Source: Acholeplasma laidlawii PG-8A (lineage in GTDB: Bacteria > Bacillota_I > Bacilli_A > Acholeplasmatales > Acholeplasmataceae). Taken from it: a stretch of DNA of 32,000 nucleotides. How positions within the stretch are numbered: position 1 is the first letter of the stretch; every line of letters begins with the position of its first letter. A model generated the notes under the pieces. It was not told where the DNA came from. It saw nothing but the letters and a program-made list of their open reading frames with translations, and searched no databases. This document shows, one piece after another, positions 1 to 8,941 of the stretch. Made by a program: the position numbers and the translations under genes. The DNA is taken from NCBI RefSeq assembly GCF_000018785.1, contig NC_010163.1, positions 510,001-542,000 on the forward strand. Direction: 5' to 3'.

Positions 1-2
1 TC

Positions 3-962
3 ACTATAGTTGGTAGTTTAAACGATTTTAATGAAATATTAAGTACAATCAAAACCATGGATAACAGGTTTTTATGGCTAGCATTAGGAGCAAGTTTTTT
101 AAGTTTTGTCTTCTTATCGATTTCTAATCACATTGTACTTAGAGCATTAAATAAAGAGATCAGTTTAGTGGATGGTTTCTTAATTCAGTCGATTGAGACA
201 TTTTTCAACGGTATCACGCCATTTTCAAGTGGTGCACAACCATTTCAGTTATATTATTATAGAAAAATGGGTGTACCATCTAATCAAGCAACATCCGTAC
301 TTGCGGTAAACTTTATTATCTTTCAAACGGTATCTGTTACATTATCTACAATCGGTATAGCTATTTATTTCCAAGACATATTAAATGTCATGGGTCATAA
401 TATCATCTATATACTTATTGGATATACGATAAATACTACGATCCTAGTTGGATTATTCTTATTAGGATATGTTCGAACTGCATATAAATTATTTGAAGCG
501 ATTTTTACATTCTTTGAGCGATTTAATTGGACTAAAAAAACTGCGAATCGCCTAAAATCAAGAACAGAGAAGTTTGTTGGTGAGTTTCAAGGTGGTGTTA
601 AGTTCTTATTTACAAAGAAACGTGTATTTATCTTAAGTTCACTTACCAAACTTATTTCTCTAGCTTTATTATATTCAACAACTGTAATCATTGTAAGAGC
701 ACTTGGTCAAACAATAACCACAACGAATGCGTTTTATCTATTTTATTCGAGTATATTAGCAGTTACAACCATGATGTTTGTACCCCTACCAGGTGCAAGT
801 GGTGGTACAGAGATTTCTTTCAGTTTACTATTAACAGGTAAAATGCCTAGTGTACAAGTTGTAACTGTCATGTTAATATGGCGTATTATTACTTATTACT
901 TAGGTTTACTATTTGGCTTTATTGGATTCTTATTATTAAAAACTAGGAGAACTATAAAATGA
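3..962 (+). CDS. Flippase-like (YbhN / UPF0104, lysylphosphatidylglycerol synthase TM-domain family) integral membrane protein, 5' truncated by window edge
   Basis: Hydrophobic multi-TM protein; frame stays open leftward from the listed ATG at 57 (TIVGSLNDFNEILSTIKTM...), so the true start is probably upstream of the window; contains 'PLPGASGGTE' typical of this family. Confidence 0.75.
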   Translation, partial: TIVGSLNDFNEILSTIKTMDNRFLWLALGASFLSFVFLSISNHIVLRALNKEISLVDGFLIQSIETFFNGITPFSSGAQPFQLYYYRKMGVPSNQATSVLAVNFIIFQTVSVTLSTIGIAIYFQDILNVMGHNIIYILIGYTINTTILVGLFLLGYVRTAYKLFEAIFTFFERFNWTKKTANRLKSRTEKFVGEFQGGVKFLFTKKRVFILSSLTKLISLALLYSTTVIIVRALGQTITTTNAFYLFYSSILAVTTMMFVPLPGASGGTEISFSLLLTGKMPSVQVVTVMLIWRIITYYLGLLFGFIGFLLLKTRRTIK

Positions 963-2155
963 GAATAGGCATATTTTCAGAAGCGTATTTACCACTGATT
1001 TCAGGTGTAGTTACATCAGTAGTTAATTTAAAAGAAGGATTAGAGGCTTTAGGACATGAAGTCTATGTCATTACGCCTATTCCATCTAAAGATAAATTTG
1101 AAAATGATCCAAGTGTAATTCGTATTCCTGGGTGGGTTATACCAAGAAAATCCTTAAAGGGTTTCAGATTAGTTCCTTTTGTTAAAAGATATGTAAGAAA
1201 AATGCGTAAACTAAAGCTTGATGTTGTACATATACACACAGAGTTTTCTATGGGTAAACTAGGTTTAGCAGTTGCCAAAAAAGAACGTATTCCAAGTGTA
1301 TATACATTACATACAAGTTATCAAGACTATACACACTATGTTTCAAAACTTCTTACTAGATTTGCACCAAATGCAGCTAAAAAATTAGCGGGTAAAATAA
1401 ATAATCAATATACTAAAAATTGTCATATGACAATCGTTCCAACTAAGAAAATTTATGATAAAATGATTAGGTTGAAACATGATGGTGAGTTTACAATTAT
1501 CCCTTCAGGTATCAATTTAAAACCTTTTTATAAGTCAAGTTACACATCTGAACAGGTACAAGCACTTAAAGATAAATTAGGTATTAGAAATGATGAATTT
1601 GTAGCAATCCTAGTAGCAAGAATTGCTAAAGAAAAATCAATTGGTGATTTGGTTGAAGCCTTTGTAGAGTTCTATAAATCTTATCCTAACTCTAGATTCA
1701 TCATCATTGGTGATGGTCCAGATAAACCAGTCCTAGATAAACTGATTGATTCTAAAAAAGCATCTAAGTATATTAATACTTTAGGATTTGTCAAAAATGC
1801 AGAAGTAGGTCTTTATTATCAAATTGCAGATGTATTCTTAAATGCATCTACAACTGAAACACAAGGACTAACCTATGTTGAGGCACTTGCAGCTTCCCTT
1901 CCTATTATTGTAAGATATGATGATGTATTTGATGCCTTTGTTGAAGATGGTAAAAATGGTATCTTCTTTAATAAGAATGAAGAACTAGTTAAACATCTCA
2001 TTCACATTAGACAAAACCCTGAGATATTAGGCACACTATCTAAAAACGCTGAAATCTCAACAAAGCCATATGCTAAAGAAGTATATGCGAAAAGTTGTGA
2101 AACATTATATCTAGATTTAATTGATAAAAATAACAAAAAATTGAATAAAAAGTAG
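959..2155 (+). CDS. mgs: GT4 glycosyltransferase, 1,2-diacylglycerol 3-glucosyltransferase (monoglucosyldiacylglycerol synthase)
   Basis: MRIGIFSEAYLPLISGVVTSVVNLKEGLEALGHEV N-terminus, GT-B fold motifs, ETQGLTYVEALA; 398 aa; ATGA overlap with the preceding gene and SD AGGAG at 946-950. Confidence 0.9.
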   Translation: MRIGIFSEAYLPLISGVVTSVVNLKEGLEALGHEVYVITPIPSKDKFENDPSVIRIPGWVIPRKSLKGFRLVPFVKRYVRKMRKLKLDVVHIHTEFSMGKLGLAVAKKERIPSVYTLHTSYQDYTHYVSKLLTRFAPNAAKKLAGKINNQYTKNCHMTIVPTKKIYDKMIRLKHDGEFTIIPSGINLKPFYKSSYTSEQVQALKDKLGIRNDEFVAILVARIAKEKSIGDLVEAFVEFYKSYPNSRFIIIGDGPDKPVLDKLIDSKKASKYINTLGFVKNAEVGLYYQIADVFLNASTTETQGLTYVEALAASLPIIVRYDDVFDAFVEDGKNGIFFNKNEELVKHLIHIRQNPEILGTLSKNAEISTKPYAKEVYAKSCETLYLDLIDKNNKKLNKK

Positions 2156-2173
2156 GCTTATGCCTGCTTATAT

Positions 2174-2257
2174 CCCCGTGTGGCGAAATGGTAGACGCGC
2201 TTGACTCAAAATCAAGTAGTGAAGACTGTGCTGGTTCGAGTCCGGTCACGGGGACCA
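2174..2257 (+). tRNA. tRNA-Leu (anticodon CAA), CCA encoded
   Basis: Acceptor CCCCGTG/CACGGGG, anticodon arm CTTGA-CTCAAAA-TCAAG, variable arm, T-loop TTCGAGT, discriminator A plus CCA at 2255-2257. Confidence 0.95.
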
Positions 2258-2268
2258 ATCTTAAAGTT

Positions 2269-2312
2269 AAAGTTTTTCGAGACCCAACAAGGGATATGAA
2301 AAACTTTTGTTT
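2269..2312 (+). terminator. Rho-independent terminator after tRNA-Leu
   Basis: AAAGTTTTTC (2269-2278) pairs with GAAAAACTTT (2298-2307), followed by a T-rich tail. Confidence 0.6.
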
Positions 2313-2350
2313 TAGTAACAGATGTTTCTTTAAAAAAGAGGTATAATCCA

Positions 2351-2908
2351 ATGAAAAAACAAGTGATTCAACGTACAGAGACCATTGATTTAGTAAATGG
2401 TAAGAAAGTATTTTTTGACTATGATGGTAACTTATTTTCAATTAATAGAGAAGTTCCAGAATATAGACACTACAATGTACCTAAAGATGTTGAGGATGTT
2501 TGGAAGAAAACCATCATAAATAATCTATTAGAAGAAGTTGAAAATTCTATAGGGTATGAAAAAACTGTAAAAGTTACGAAGTTATTAGCAATTTATGGTC
2601 ATTCTAATAATATTCAATTATTAGAAGCATTACTTGAAGATGATACATTAGATACATTTTCAAAAATATTGTACCTGGAAGACTTAAACCGAGAAAAATT
2701 AGGTGTTAATATTTCAATTAAGTATAAAATATTAAAGATTGAAGATCCTAAATCTTATATCACAGATTTAAATGATAAAATCTTAGATTACAAATCAAAG
2801 CTTTTAAACAGTCCTATCACAATAGATGAAAGTTTTAAACAAAACTACGCATTAAAATATTATGACTTTAGTGATGAAAATATCATTAGAAGAATAGAAA
2901 ATATATAA
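2351..2908 (+). CDS. Hypothetical protein (185 aa)
   Basis: Complete ORF with SD AAGAGG upstream of the ATG. Confidence 0.65.
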   Translation: MKKQVIQRTETIDLVNGKKVFFDYDGNLFSINREVPEYRHYNVPKDVEDVWKKTIINNLLEEVENSIGYEKTVKVTKLLAIYGHSNNIQLLEALLEDDTLDTFSKILYLEDLNREKLGVNISIKYKILKIEDPKSYITDLNDKILDYKSKLLNSPITIDESFKQNYALKYYDFSDENIIRRIENI

Positions 2909-3007
2909 TATACCTTCAATGTAAAATCTTAGTAAAACATGGTGTCAATTATATAAAAATTCAATGTACACATGTTACAATGAAGTTATATTGTTAAAGA
3001 GGTGTCC

Positions 3008-3403
3008 ATGAAAAAAATCGCATTTGTATGTGTACATAACAGTTGCCGTAGCCAAATGGCTGAAGGGTTTGCAAAAGCATATGGTGAAGGTATTATCGAA
3101 GTATATTCTGCTGGAACTGAAAACTATCCTGAAGTTAAACCACTTGCTGTAGAAGTCATGCATGAAGTTGGTATAAACCTAGATAGCCAGTACCCTAAAC
3201 TACTCGATGAAATTCCTATACCTGATATATTAATCACCATGGGATGTAATGCAAATTGCCCATGGGTACCTAATGATTATCACGAGGATTGGGGTTTGGA
3301 TGATCCAAGTGGTAAAGGTATTGAAGCATTTAGGGTCACCAGAGAACTTATTAAAACTAAAGTAATTGAACTCATAAATCTCGTAAAAAATGAGCAAATA
3401 TAA
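3008..3403 (+). CDS. arsC: Arsenate reductase (thioredoxin-coupled, LMW-PTP fold) / low-molecular-weight phosphatase family
   Basis: P-loop CVHNSCRSQMAEG (CX5R), CNANC cysteine pair, WGLDDPSGKG. The track start 3002 is a GTG inside the SD region; ATG 3008 after AAAGAGGTG is better. Confidence 0.85.
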   Translation: MKKIAFVCVHNSCRSQMAEGFAKAYGEGIIEVYSAGTENYPEVKPLAVEVMHEVGINLDSQYPKLLDEIPIPDILITMGCNANCPWVPNDYHEDWGLDDPSGKGIEAFRVTRELIKTKVIELINLVKNEQI

Positions 3404-3430
3404 CACTATAAATTAATAATTTAAAAAAGT

Positions 3431-3460
3431 ACACAAAAAACTCATGTTTTTTGTGTTTTC
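3431..3460 (+). terminator. Rho-independent terminator
   Basis: ACACAAAAAAC-TCAT-GTTTTTTGTGT perfect 11-bp stem followed by TTTTC. Confidence 0.8.
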
Positions 3461-3532
3461 CATGTTTTTATTGTATAAAAATGCTATATTAGTAACGTTA
3501 AAACAAATTCAGAAGAAAGAAGAAGAACACAC

Positions 3533-4705
3533 ATGGAAAAATCAAGTAACATGGGTGTAGATTTGGCATCATCTACACCAACATTCTGGAATAAGGTCAA
3601 AACATTTTTATCTAAAACATTAAATGGGATGACATTTGGTATATTTGGAACGATTGTTGTTGGAGCAATTATCCAAACATTAGGGATCATTACAGGTATT
3701 GATGTATTAAATTTAAGAGTAGCACCTGTATTAACCTCACTTTTAGGTATGGGGATTGGTCTAAGTATTGGTTTATCACTAAAAGTCGATGGCTTAAAAC
3801 TCATTATGTTATCTGTTGCAGGTGGTATTGGAACACTTGTTAAAATTGACTTTAGTATGCCTGGGTGGTTTGATCCAGTTAAAGTATCAAACAATCCAAT
3901 TACAGCCTATTTTGTAGTTATTGGGGCATATTTTGCAATACAAGCCATCTTTAGAAAGAAAACAGCCTATGATTTATTCTTTATTCCAATTGTAGGTATA
4001 TTGTCAGCTGTTTTAGTAACTTATCTCATTTCATGGCCAATTGATCGTTTTATGGAAATGATTTATAGCACGATTAAATTCTTTATGCAGTTAGAACCTT
4101 TTGTGACATCTGCATTTGTAGCACTTATATTTGGTATTTTATTAACATTACCATTTATTAGTAGTGCCGGTGTTGCTATTGCAGTATTTTCTGTACCATT
4201 TGGAGTAGGCAATGCACTAGCTATTCCAGATCCTATTGCAATTGCAGCAATGTGTGCTGCAGCGATTGGTTGTTCAACACAAATGGTAGGTTTTTCTGTT
4301 CAAACCCTAAGAAAAAACAATCTAGGGTCAATTTTTACAGTTGGCCTTGCTAGTTCAATGTTCCAATTTAAAAATGTTATGAGAAAACCAATTGTTTGGG
4401 CACCAACTTTAATCGCAAGTTTCATCTTAGCACCACTAAGTTACTTCATTTTTGATGGTTATCAATGGTTTATTAATCTTATACCAGTAGGACATCAATT
4501 TAGTGCAGTATGGGCTGGTATGGGGACATCCGGATTGGTTGGAATTCTACAACCACTTACAATCACTAATTTTTCATTAGATGGTTGGTTATTTGTAAGT
4601 TCCATGATACTATTTCCATTAGTCTTAGTATTTTGGTTAGATGTTGTATTTATTAAATTAAATTGGTATACAGAAAACGATCTTATTTTAGATGCAAATT
4701 TATAA
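3533..4705 (+). CDS. PTS EIIC-like membrane transporter (PTS_EIIC_2 type), standalone
   Basis: Hydrophobic 390 aa protein with glycine-rich repeats characteristic of the family (GSIFTVGLASSMFQFKNV, GMGTSGLVG); no EIIA/EIIB genes next to it. Confidence 0.7.
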   Translation: MEKSSNMGVDLASSTPTFWNKVKTFLSKTLNGMTFGIFGTIVVGAIIQTLGIITGIDVLNLRVAPVLTSLLGMGIGLSIGLSLKVDGLKLIMLSVAGGIGTLVKIDFSMPGWFDPVKVSNNPITAYFVVIGAYFAIQAIFRKKTAYDLFFIPIVGILSAVLVTYLISWPIDRFMEMIYSTIKFFMQLEPFVTSAFVALIFGILLTLPFISSAGVAIAVFSVPFGVGNALAIPDPIAIAAMCAAAIGCSTQMVGFSVQTLRKNNLGSIFTVGLASSMFQFKNVMRKPIVWAPTLIASFILAPLSYFIFDGYQWFINLIPVGHQFSAVWAGMGTSGLVGILQPLTITNFSLDGWLFVSSMILFPLVLVFWLDVVFIKLNWYTENDLILDANL

Positions 4706-4738
4706 GAAAAATCCCTTAATTGGGATTCGTTTTTCTTT
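4706..4738 (+). terminator. Rho-independent terminator
   Basis: AATCCC-TTAATT-GGGATT then CGTTTTTCTTT. Confidence 0.7.
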
Positions 4739-4789
4739 CGTCTAGTATTAAAAAAAATACATGATAAAATACCTTTAGGAGATGATTTT

Positions 4790-6226
4790 ATGAAACGAAA
4801 TTTAGCGTTATTAACAGACTTTTATGAACTGACTATGTCCAATGGATATTTCAAAGATAACCGCCATAATCAAGTGGCAGTATTTGATGTATTCTTTAGA
4901 AGTATTCCAGATGATGGCGGTTATGCAATATTTGCTGGTCTAGAATCTATTATTGAATACATTAAGAATTTAACATTTGATAAAGAATCAATTGAATTTT
5001 TAAGAAATAAAAAAATATTTGATGAAGGTTTTTTAACTTATTTAGAAAACTTTAAATTTACCTCTGATGTTTACGCGATCAAAGAAGGTACTCCAATTTT
5101 CCCTAATGAACCATTAATGGTTATTAAAGGACCTATCATTGAATGTCAACTCATTGAAACATTTGTACTACTTTCAATTAATCATCAATCCTTGATTGCA
5201 ACAAAGGCATCAAGAATTGTAAGAGAAGCAAAAGGTAGACCAGTCTTTGAATTTGGTGCAAGAAGAGCACATTCTTATGATGCAGCAAATCTAGGTGCTA
5301 GAAGTGCATATATTAGTGGTGTTACAGGTACGTCAAATACCTTAGCTGACTTTATGTATGGCATTCCATCTTCTGGTACAATGGCACATTCCTATGTTCA
5401 AAGTTTTCCTAGTGAATATGAAGCATTTAAGAGCTATGCCCTAAATTACCCAGATAACTGTTTATTATTAGTAGATACCTATGATACTTTACATGAAGGT
5501 ATTCCAAATGCTATAAGAATTCATAATGAAGTTTTAAAGCCAATGGGTAAATACTTAAAAGGTATTCGAATTGATTCGGGTGACTTAGCTTATTTATCTA
5601 AGAAAGTACGTGCTTTATTAGATGAAGCAGGTCTAACTGAAACTAAGATTACTGTATCGAACTCATTGGATGAGTTTATTATCAGAGACTTGATCGTACA
5701 TCAAGAAGCAGAAATCGATGCTTTTGGTGTCGGTGAAAGATTAATCACTGCAAGAAGTGAGGCGGTCTTTGGTGGTGTATTTAAGTTAAGTGCAATTGAA
5801 GAAAACGGTCAAATTGTGCCGAAAATTAAAATTTCTGATAATGTTGCAAAAACAACTATTCCAGGATTTAAGCAACTTTATCGCTTCTATGATGAAAATG
5901 ATATGGCCATAGCAGATGTCATTACACTTCACAATGAAGAAATAGATCCATCTAAACCATATACATTATTTGATCCAAATCATCCTTGGAAACAAAAGGT
6001 GGTAGAAAAATATAGAGTAGAAAAACTTTTAGTACCTATCTTTGAAAAAGGTAAACTAGTTTATGAACTACCTTCAATAGAAGCAATTAGAAAACATAAA
6101 GAAATTAATTTTAATAAACTTTGGAAAGAAGTAATACGTTTAAAGTTTCCACATGAATACTATGTTGATTTATCACAAGATTTATGGGATTTACGACGAG
6201 CATTAGTAGTTAAGCATAAACATTAG
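4790..6226 (+). CDS. pncB: Nicotinate phosphoribosyltransferase
   Basis: ALLTDFYELTMSNGYF N-terminus, FEFGARRAHSYDAANLGARSAYISG, RIDSGDLAYLSK motifs; SD TAGGAG. Confidence 0.95.
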   Translation: MKRNLALLTDFYELTMSNGYFKDNRHNQVAVFDVFFRSIPDDGGYAIFAGLESIIEYIKNLTFDKESIEFLRNKKIFDEGFLTYLENFKFTSDVYAIKEGTPIFPNEPLMVIKGPIIECQLIETFVLLSINHQSLIATKASRIVREAKGRPVFEFGARRAHSYDAANLGARSAYISGVTGTSNTLADFMYGIPSSGTMAHSYVQSFPSEYEAFKSYALNYPDNCLLLVDTYDTLHEGIPNAIRIHNEVLKPMGKYLKGIRIDSGDLAYLSKKVRALLDEAGLTETKITVSNSLDEFIIRDLIVHQEAEIDAFGVGERLITARSEAVFGGVFKLSAIEENGQIVPKIKISDNVAKTTIPGFKQLYRFYDENDMAIADVITLHNEEIDPSKPYTLFDPNHPWKQKVVEKYRVEKLLVPIFEKGKLVYELPSIEAIRKHKEINFNKLWKEVIRLKFPHEYYVDLSQDLWDLRRALVVKHKH

Positions 6227-6245
6227 AAAGTAGAACCTGATAATC

Positions 6246-7664
6246 ATGGAACAAGGCATTTCAAAAAATACACAACGCATGTTAAACGGGAAGCATATAT
6301 GGCTATATATGCTCCTTTTATCGTTACCGATACTTATTAACAACTTGATCAAGTCTTTTAATGGTATGGTTGATATTTATTTTATCGCTCGCATCAAAGA
6401 TGTAAGTACTGAGACGATTGACTCAGCTATAGCTGCATTAAACATTCATGAGTCATTTAATAACCTCATTTTAGCAATTGGTGTTGGTTTATCGATTGCA
6501 GCTATGGCGATTGTATCCCAATTTGTAGGGGCTAAAAGGGAAGATAAAGCAAAATTCTATGCTGGTCAACTTCTTACAATAGCACTTATTGTTGGGATTG
6601 CATTAACGCTTGTAATTCTAGGTTTTTCTTGGTTCTTTATTGATTTGTTGGGAGCTAAGGGACAAACATTTAATTTTGCTTTAGAATATTTCAATATTCG
6701 AAGTCTTGAACTTGTAGGTGTTATATTTTTCTTGGTTTATCAAGCGATTAGACAAGCCCAAGGATCAACCATTACACCTACGCTTTTAAATATTGGCGGT
6801 ATTTTGGTAAATATAGGTTTTACATGGTATTTTGTTGAAGTGCTTAACTGGGGTGTAGCAGGCTCTGCTTGGGCAACATTAATCGGTAACTTAATTTTTG
6901 TTCCACTGATGATTCTAGATTTATTTATTAGTCGCCGATACATGAGATTAAAATTAAGTGCCTTTGTACCTAAAAAGAAAACTCTAAAAGAAATATGGCC
7001 ATTTGCATACCCTGCAACCGTGTCACACTCTGTAACATTTTTAGGATTTTTAATTATTAATTCATTCGTTTTAAGTCAGTTTGGAGATGTCATATCGGCA
7101 TCATTTTCAACCGGTAATAAACTAAGTAATTTACTTATGAATCCAATTTATGCAATTACCACGATTGGTGCAGTATTTATCGGTGCAAACATCGGTAACA
7201 GACAACCCGAAAGAGCACTAAAAGTATATAAACAATCTGGTAGAATGACCTTTACAATTACCGTAGTAGCAATTCTTGTAGCTATACTATTTAGAAAAGA
7301 ATTTGTAACTTTATTAGTAGGTACACAAAATGATCGATTAATTGAAGTATCGGTAGAATATACATTATGGTTACTACTAACTCAACCCGTAATGTCGATC
7401 TTCCAAAACTATATGGCGATTTTTAATGGAAGTGGACAGTCTAAGCTTGGACTTAAAGCACAATCATTTAGATTATGGGGATTACGTATTCCACTATTAT
7501 TTGGTCTATGGTTCTTATTCCCTGAAATGAAATATAGTGTTGTTTGGACAGCGATGAATATATCCAATGTGATTGCTTTATTCCATGCACACTACTTAAG
7601 AAAAAACATTGAACTAGATATCAAAGTGAATTTAGAAGATGATGAAAGTGAGGTGCTCGTATGA
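6246..7664 (+). CDS. MATE family efflux transporter
   Basis: 12-TM MATE pattern (LSLPILINNLIKSFNGMVDIYFIARI, AGSAWATLIGN). Confidence 0.85.
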   Translation: MEQGISKNTQRMLNGKHIWLYMLLLSLPILINNLIKSFNGMVDIYFIARIKDVSTETIDSAIAALNIHESFNNLILAIGVGLSIAAMAIVSQFVGAKREDKAKFYAGQLLTIALIVGIALTLVILGFSWFFIDLLGAKGQTFNFALEYFNIRSLELVGVIFFLVYQAIRQAQGSTITPTLLNIGGILVNIGFTWYFVEVLNWGVAGSAWATLIGNLIFVPLMILDLFISRRYMRLKLSAFVPKKKTLKEIWPFAYPATVSHSVTFLGFLIINSFVLSQFGDVISASFSTGNKLSNLLMNPIYAITTIGAVFIGANIGNRQPERALKVYKQSGRMTFTITVVAILVAILFRKEFVTLLVGTQNDRLIEVSVEYTLWLLLTQPVMSIFQNYMAIFNGSGQSKLGLKAQSFRLWGLRIPLLFGLWFLFPEMKYSVVWTAMNISNVIALFHAHYLRKNIELDIKVNLEDDESEVLV

Positions 7665-8182
7665 TACATGTTGTATTATGCCAACCTGAAATTCCTCAAA
7701 ATACTGGAAATATCATGCGTACATGTGTAGGTAGTGGTGTCCATCTGCACTTAATTAAACCCCTTGGTTTTAAAATAGATGATACTAAACTTAGACGTAG
7801 TGCTGTGGATTATTATGATGCTTTAAATTTTGAAATTCATGAAGATTTTGAAAGTTTTCAAAATGAACATCCAGGCACATACTTATATCTATCAAGATAT
7901 GGTAGGAAAACTCATAGTGCACCGAATTATCAAGCGATTAAAGGTGATATCTATTTAGTCTTTGGATCTGAATCTTACGGAATTGACAGAGCATTATTAA
8001 GTAAAAATATTGAAAATACATTTAGAATACCTACAAATGATAAAATTAGAAGTCTTAACTTGTCAAATGCTGTGGCAATTACAGTCTATGAAGTATTAAG
8101 ACAGTTAGGTTATCCTGAGTTAAGTGAAGAAGAACCGGAAAGTCTAAAAGGATCAGACTATTTAAAACAATTTAAGGAGTAA
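7661..8182 (+). CDS. trmL: tRNA (cytidine(34)-2'-O)-methyltransferase, SPOUT family
   Basis: VVLCQPEIPQNTGNIMRTC, LVFGSESYGI, IRSLNLSNAVAITVYEVLRQ; 4-nt overlap with the upstream gene. Confidence 0.93.
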   Translation: MIHVVLCQPEIPQNTGNIMRTCVGSGVHLHLIKPLGFKIDDTKLRRSAVDYYDALNFEIHEDFESFQNEHPGTYLYLSRYGRKTHSAPNYQAIKGDIYLVFGSESYGIDRALLSKNIENTFRIPTNDKIRSLNLSNAVAITVYEVLRQLGYPELSEEEPESLKGSDYLKQFKE

Positions 8183-8189
8183 TTAGAGG

Positions 8190-8867
8190 ATGAGTAAAAA
8201 AGTAAAAAAAGAAAAAAGAATTCAAACAATTGGTGAAGAAGTAGCAAATAGTGTATCACATGGTCTGATGACAGTATTTGGTATCGTCGGTTTAATTATG
8301 ATGCTTATCAAATCCACGGATGGATTTGAAGTAGCGAGTGCCATCATATTTGGACTTTCAATGATTATACTATACTTAAGTTCAACCATGTATCACGCGC
8401 TTGCATTTACAGGTGCTAAATCAGTATTTAAAAGATTTGATCACATTGGTATTTACATGCTAATAGGTGGTACGTTTGCACCCATATTCTTATTGTTACC
8501 AGCTTTTAGAGTACCTATATTTGGTATGGAAGGTTGGTTACCTTTAGGTTTATTACTTTGTATACTACAATGGGTTTTAATTATTACAGGTATGGTATTT
8601 AAATCCATTTGGGTTTACAGATTTCAAACCATGCATATTGTCATATTCTTATTACTTGGCTGGAGCGGTTTATACTTTATGATTGACCTTTATAAATATA
8701 GTCCATCAACTATGTGGCTGATTTTATTAGGTGGTCTTAGTTATTCGATTGGTGTTATATTTTATAAACAATCAGATAAACCGTATTTTCACTTCATCTG
8801 GCACTTGTTTGTAGGTTTGGGTACAATCCTACAATTTATGGCAATTTATAATTATTTAATAATTTAA
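8190..8867 (+). CDS. Hemolysin III / PAQR family membrane protein
   Basis: GEEVANSVSHGLM, SSTMYHAL, FDHIGIYMLIGGTFAP, HFIWHLFV motifs. Confidence 0.92.
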   Translation: MSKKVKKEKRIQTIGEEVANSVSHGLMTVFGIVGLIMMLIKSTDGFEVASAIIFGLSMIILYLSSTMYHALAFTGAKSVFKRFDHIGIYMLIGGTFAPIFLLLPAFRVPIFGMEGWLPLGLLLCILQWVLIITGMVFKSIWVYRFQTMHIVIFLLLGWSGLYFMIDLYKYSPSTMWLILLGGLSYSIGVIFYKQSDKPYFHFIWHLFVGLGTILQFMAIYNYLII

Positions 8868-8888
8868 AAACTAAAATTATGTTAATAC

Positions 8889-8917
8889 TTGAATATTTAT
8901 TCATGTTGAGTTAAAAT
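8889..8917 (+). promoter_or_regulatory. Putative ackA promoter (TTGAAT-17-TAAAAT)
   Basis: -35 TTGAAT 8889-8894, 17-nt spacer, -10 TAAAAT 8912-8917; the -35 lies in palindrome TGAATATTTATTCA. Confidence 0.6.
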
Positions 8918-8941
8918 CAAATAAGATAGGAAGGTAATATT

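Noticed and set aside
2342-2347. TATAAT immediately before ATG 2351
   Set aside because: It lies between the SD AAGAGG and the start codon and would place the transcript start inside the ORF; no -35 at the right distance.
2073-2441. Minus-strand 122 aa ORF containing VTGLEPAQSSLLDFESSASTISPHG
   Set aside because: This peptide is the antisense translation of the tRNA-Leu gene, a well-known annotation artefact; it also overlaps mgs and the 185 aa gene.
2975-3163. Minus-strand 62 aa ORF over the arsC 5' end
   Set aside because: Antisense to a motif-bearing gene and its promoter region; no independent support.
3484-3894. Minus-strand ORF opposite the PTS EIIC-like gene
   Set aside because: Shadow ORF without SD or motifs. 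The same applies to 1063-1278, 6740-6943, 9877-10119, 10605-10799, 11055-11327, 11624-11845, 12098-12298, 15653-15850, 17084-17287, 18909-19118, 19410-19682, 22619-22813, 26415-26627 and 29199-29438.
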